A stretch of DNA of 64,000 bases. Source: an uncultured Chloroflexia bacterium. Lineage in GTDB: Bacteria > Chloroflexota > Limnocylindria > Limnocylindrales > CSP1-4. A program made the translations under genes and the position numbers. The notes below the pieces were generated by a model that was given only the letters and a program-made list of their open reading frames with translations, had not been told where the DNA came from and did no database searches. This document shows, piece after piece, positions 61,816 to 64,000 of this stretch (the stretch's first letter is position 1; the number at the start of each line of letters is the position of its first letter). The stretch lies in the NCBI GenBank assembly GCA_963711105.1, contig CAVQCV010000003.1:39051-103050 (forward strand), read 5' to 3'.

Positions 61816-63899
61816 CCCTGCCTGGTGGCGCTGGTGAGGGACCGCGACGCGCCGACGCCACGTCCGACGAGACGGCCCGAGCGCTGACGCCGCGCGAAGT
61901 CGCCGAGGCGGCGCGAGCGACCCAGGAGGCGAGTCGCACCCGGAAGGCGTCCCGCGACGGCCTCACCGTGGAGCAGGCCGCGGCGATCGAATGGCCGCGC
62001 GAGTTCCGTCTCTCCCCGGATGGGCGCCGGGTGGCGTTCACGGCGGAGGCGGCCGGAGCCCGGCAGATCTTCGTGCTGTCACCCCGCGGCGGCTACCCCG
62101 AGCAGCTCACCGCCACCGAACGATCGGTCTCGGACCCGCAGTGGTCGCCGGACGGCCGGCGGCTGGCCTTCGTCCGCGACGACGCGATCTGGATGATCGA
62201 CGTCGAGGGCTCGCACCAGGCCCTGGTGACGCAGCATCCGGCGGGCAACCGATCGCCCCGCTGGTGCCCGGACGGCCACCAGATCGGCTTCATCTCACGG
62301 CGGCGCGGCTGGGACCAGTTGTGGCTGATCGACGCCCCGGTACCCCGGCGCGGCCGTCCGGCGACCCGACCCAGGGCCCCGGAAGCGGTGCCCATGACGG
62401 CCCCGGGCGTGGACGTGGACGAGTTCGTGTGGTCGCCGGACGGCCGCACCCTCGCCGTCACCTCCCAGCGCGGCCCGGATCTGCTCACGTCGCAAATCCA
62501 CCTGGTCGACGCCGTCACTTCCGTCGAGCGTCAGATCGCCGGTGAGGGGGCCTGGGAAACCGGGCCGCGCTGGCTGCCGGACGGCTCGGGCCTGCTCTTC
62601 GTCTCGGATCGCGACGGCTGGTTCCAGGTGGTCCACGTGGAGATCGGGAGCGGCGAGCGTCGCGTTCTCACGTCCGGCCGGCTCGACCACGGTGAGCCGG
62701 GCGGCGGCTGGGGCTACGTTCCCCTGCCTTCGCCGGACGGCCGGCGTTTCGTCCACGTCGAGGTTCACGACGGCCTCGTGGATCTGGTCGTCCGCGAGCT
62801 GGACGCCTCCGTGTCTGACGCATCGTCCACGTCGGCCACGTCGGCCACGTCGGCCCCGTCGGCCCCGTCGGCCCCGTCGGCCCCGTCGGCCCCGTCGGCC
62901 GCTCTGGTCAACCCGTTCGAAGGCGTGTGGCAGGCCATCGGCTGGCTGCCTGACGGTTCCGCGATCGCGGCCATCGGCCGCGGCTATCGCAACCCCGACG
63001 ACCTGTGGCTGCTGCCCATCGGCGAAGCTGCGGACCAGGGCGCGCGGCCGCGGCAGCTGACGATGTCGCTCCCCGCCGTCGTGGACACCTCCCGGTTCGC
63101 GGTTCCGCGCCGTATCCACTTCGAGGCGCGCGATGGCCGTCGGATCGAGGCCACGCTCTATCTGCCGGCGTCCGCCGCCGGCGACGACCCGGTTCGCGTT
63201 CCGTGTGTCGTACATTCTCACGGTGGCCCCTCTTCGTCGGCCCTGCGAGATTGGCTGCCCTTCCGCCAGCTCGTCGTCGAAGCCGGCATGGCCTTCCTGT
63301 CCGTGGACTTCCGAGGTTCGACGGGCTACGGCCGCGAGTTCCGCTGGTCCAACAGGGGCGAGTGGGGCCACGCCGACGCCCACGACGTCATCGACGCGGC
63401 CGGCTGGGCGGCGTCCCAGCCATGGTGCGACGGGCGCCTGGCCCACTACGGGGCTTCGTACGGCGGCTACATGACGCTGTGCGTCCTGACCGAGGAGCCG
63501 TCGCTGTGGAAGGCCGGCATCGACCTGTACGGCGACTCGGACATCGCCGAGAGCTACCGCCACGGCGACCGGCTGGGCCGGATGGACCTGGAACGGATGA
63601 TGGGCAGACCGGAGGATGCCGCCGCCGCCGACGCCTACCGGCGCGGGTCGCCGCTGTTCCGGGCCGAGCGCATCGAGGCCCCGCTCCTCATCCTTCACGG
63701 CCGCAAGGACAAGCGCGTCGTGCCGCTCATGACCGAGAAGATGGTCGAAGCATTGGAGATCGAAGGCAAGCACCACCAGGTTCACTGGTACGCGGAGGAG
63801 CCGCACGGCTGGCAGAAGCGGGAGAACCGGCGCGACGCCTGGAAGCGGTGCCTGGATTTCCTTAAGCGATACTTGCTCGAACAGACTGACGAGGATTAG
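61812..63899 (+). CDS. S9-family serine peptidase (beta-propeller plus prolyl-oligopeptidase-type alpha/beta hydrolase)
   Basis: N-terminal WD40-like propeller repeats (SPDGRRVAF, WSPDGRRLAF, WCPDGHQIGF, WSPDGRTLAV, WLPDGSGLLF). Catalytic GASYGGY nucleophile elbow with the usual D and H of S9 downstream. Start at the ATG at 61812 (MTLPGG) overlapping the PIG-L stop. Contains a (SAT/SAP)n insertion. Confidence 0.75.
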   Translation: MTLPGGAGEGPRRADATSDETARALTPREVAEAARATQEASRTRKASRDGLTVEQAAAIEWPREFRLSPDGRRVAFTAEAAGARQIFVLSPRGGYPEQLTATERSVSDPQWSPDGRRLAFVRDDAIWMIDVEGSHQALVTQHPAGNRSPRWCPDGHQIGFISRRRGWDQLWLIDAPVPRRGRPATRPRAPEAVPMTAPGVDVDEFVWSPDGRTLAVTSQRGPDLLTSQIHLVDAVTSVERQIAGEGAWETGPRWLPDGSGLLFVSDRDGWFQVVHVEIGSGERRVLTSGRLDHGEPGGGWGYVPLPSPDGRRFVHVEVHDGLVDLVVRELDASVSDASSTSATSATSAPSAPSAPSAPSAPSAALVNPFEGVWQAIGWLPDGSAIAAIGRGYRNPDDLWLLPIGEAADQGARPRQLTMSLPAVVDTSRFAVPRRIHFEARDGRRIEATLYLPASAAGDDPVRVPCVVHSHGGPSSSALRDWLPFRQLVVEAGMAFLSVDFRGSTGYGREFRWSNRGEWGHADAHDVIDAAGWAASQPWCDGRLAHYGASYGGYMTLCVLTEEPSLWKAGIDLYGDSDIAESYRHGDRLGRMDLERMMGRPEDAAAADAYRRGSPLFRAERIEAPLLILHGRKDKRVVPLMTEKMVEALEIEGKHHQVHWYAEEPHGWQKRENRRDAWKRCLDFLKRYLLEQTDED
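62831..62902. repeat. 9-bp tandem repeat (gtcggcc[ac]c) x8 inside the S9 peptidase gene
   Basis: Encodes SATSATSAPSAPSAPSAPSAPSA in a propeller loop. Confidence 0.85.
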
Positions 63900-63932
63900 C
63901 TTGGCCGGGCGCGATCGAACGACGGGAGGTGG

Positions 63933-64000
63933 CATGTTCGGAAGCGGGGGCGGGCCGGCAAAGCTGGATGCGGAGGCTCTCGAGGCCTTCTTCGACGCGA
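63933..64000 (+). CDS. 5' end of an unidentified gene (truncated by the window edge)
   Basis: ATG at 63933 then MFGSGGGPAKLDAEALEAFFDA... Open to the end of the window. Confidence 0.25.

Noticed and set aside
62295-63935. 546-aa minus ORF
   Set aside because: It is antisense to the S9 peptidase, which has propeller repeats and a GASYGGY nucleophile motif.

Overview
This 64-kb window is about 70% GC and densely coding on both strands, with frequent GTG starts and 4-bp ATGA/GTGA gene junctions. It looks like an Actinomycetota-type chromosome: DUF3558 lipoproteins, an LmbE/PIG-L deacetylase, Pro/Thr-rich lipoprotein linkers, and a GT39-like glycosyltransferase. No database search was possible, so every family call rests on motif recognition. 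I call about 58 protein genes, two tRNAs, and several repeat arrays. Many long ORFs in the six-frame track are antisense artefacts of high-GC coding DNA and are rejected.

Main gene content:
- tRNA-Lys(UUU) on the minus strand at 50970-51044.
- Initiator tRNA-Met(CAU) on the plus strand at 54187-54261, with a clean TTGACT-N17-TACTCT promoter.
- A K+ efflux pair (CPA2 antiporter plus TrkA/RCK) next to an MscS channel and a MarR regulator.
- A mannose-family PTS operon (IIA, IIB, fused IIC-IID) with a divergent SorC regulator.
- A GH10 xylanase and esterase-lipoprotein cluster.
- An ECF sigma/anti-sigma pair with a beta-propeller sensor.
- A NarL-type two-component system.
- proC, a 7Fe ferredoxin, a DksA/TraR protein, and S41 and S9 peptidases.

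Strongest candidates for something new:
1. A group II intron-type reverse transcriptase/maturase ORF sits directly after tRNA-fMet with about 520 nt of non-coding leader. A QW-repeat alpha/alpha-toroid protein follows it. An overlapping antisense membrane-protein ORF has no stop codon where one is expected.
2. A 137-bp intergenic repeat occurs three times in tandem at 24.5 kb and again at 59.8 kb. Copies differ by compensatory changes that preserve an internal hairpin.
3. Two large paralogous 12-TM proteins, each built from four 3-TM modules, lie in one minus-strand cluster with two small TM proteins, next to an orphan beta-class DNA methyltransferase.
4. An orphan CpaF/TadA ATPase is fused in frame to a RidA/YjgF domain.
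5. A 13-bp x 14 tandem array plus paired 37-bp direct repeats lies between the sensor kinase and response regulator genes.
6. A MerR-ArsC in-frame fusion is driven by a textbook TTGACC-N19-TAGCCT promoter with a dyad in the spacer and an apparently leaderless transcript.

In-frame micro-repeat expansions are unusually common across the window (36-bp, 15-bp and two 9-bp units).
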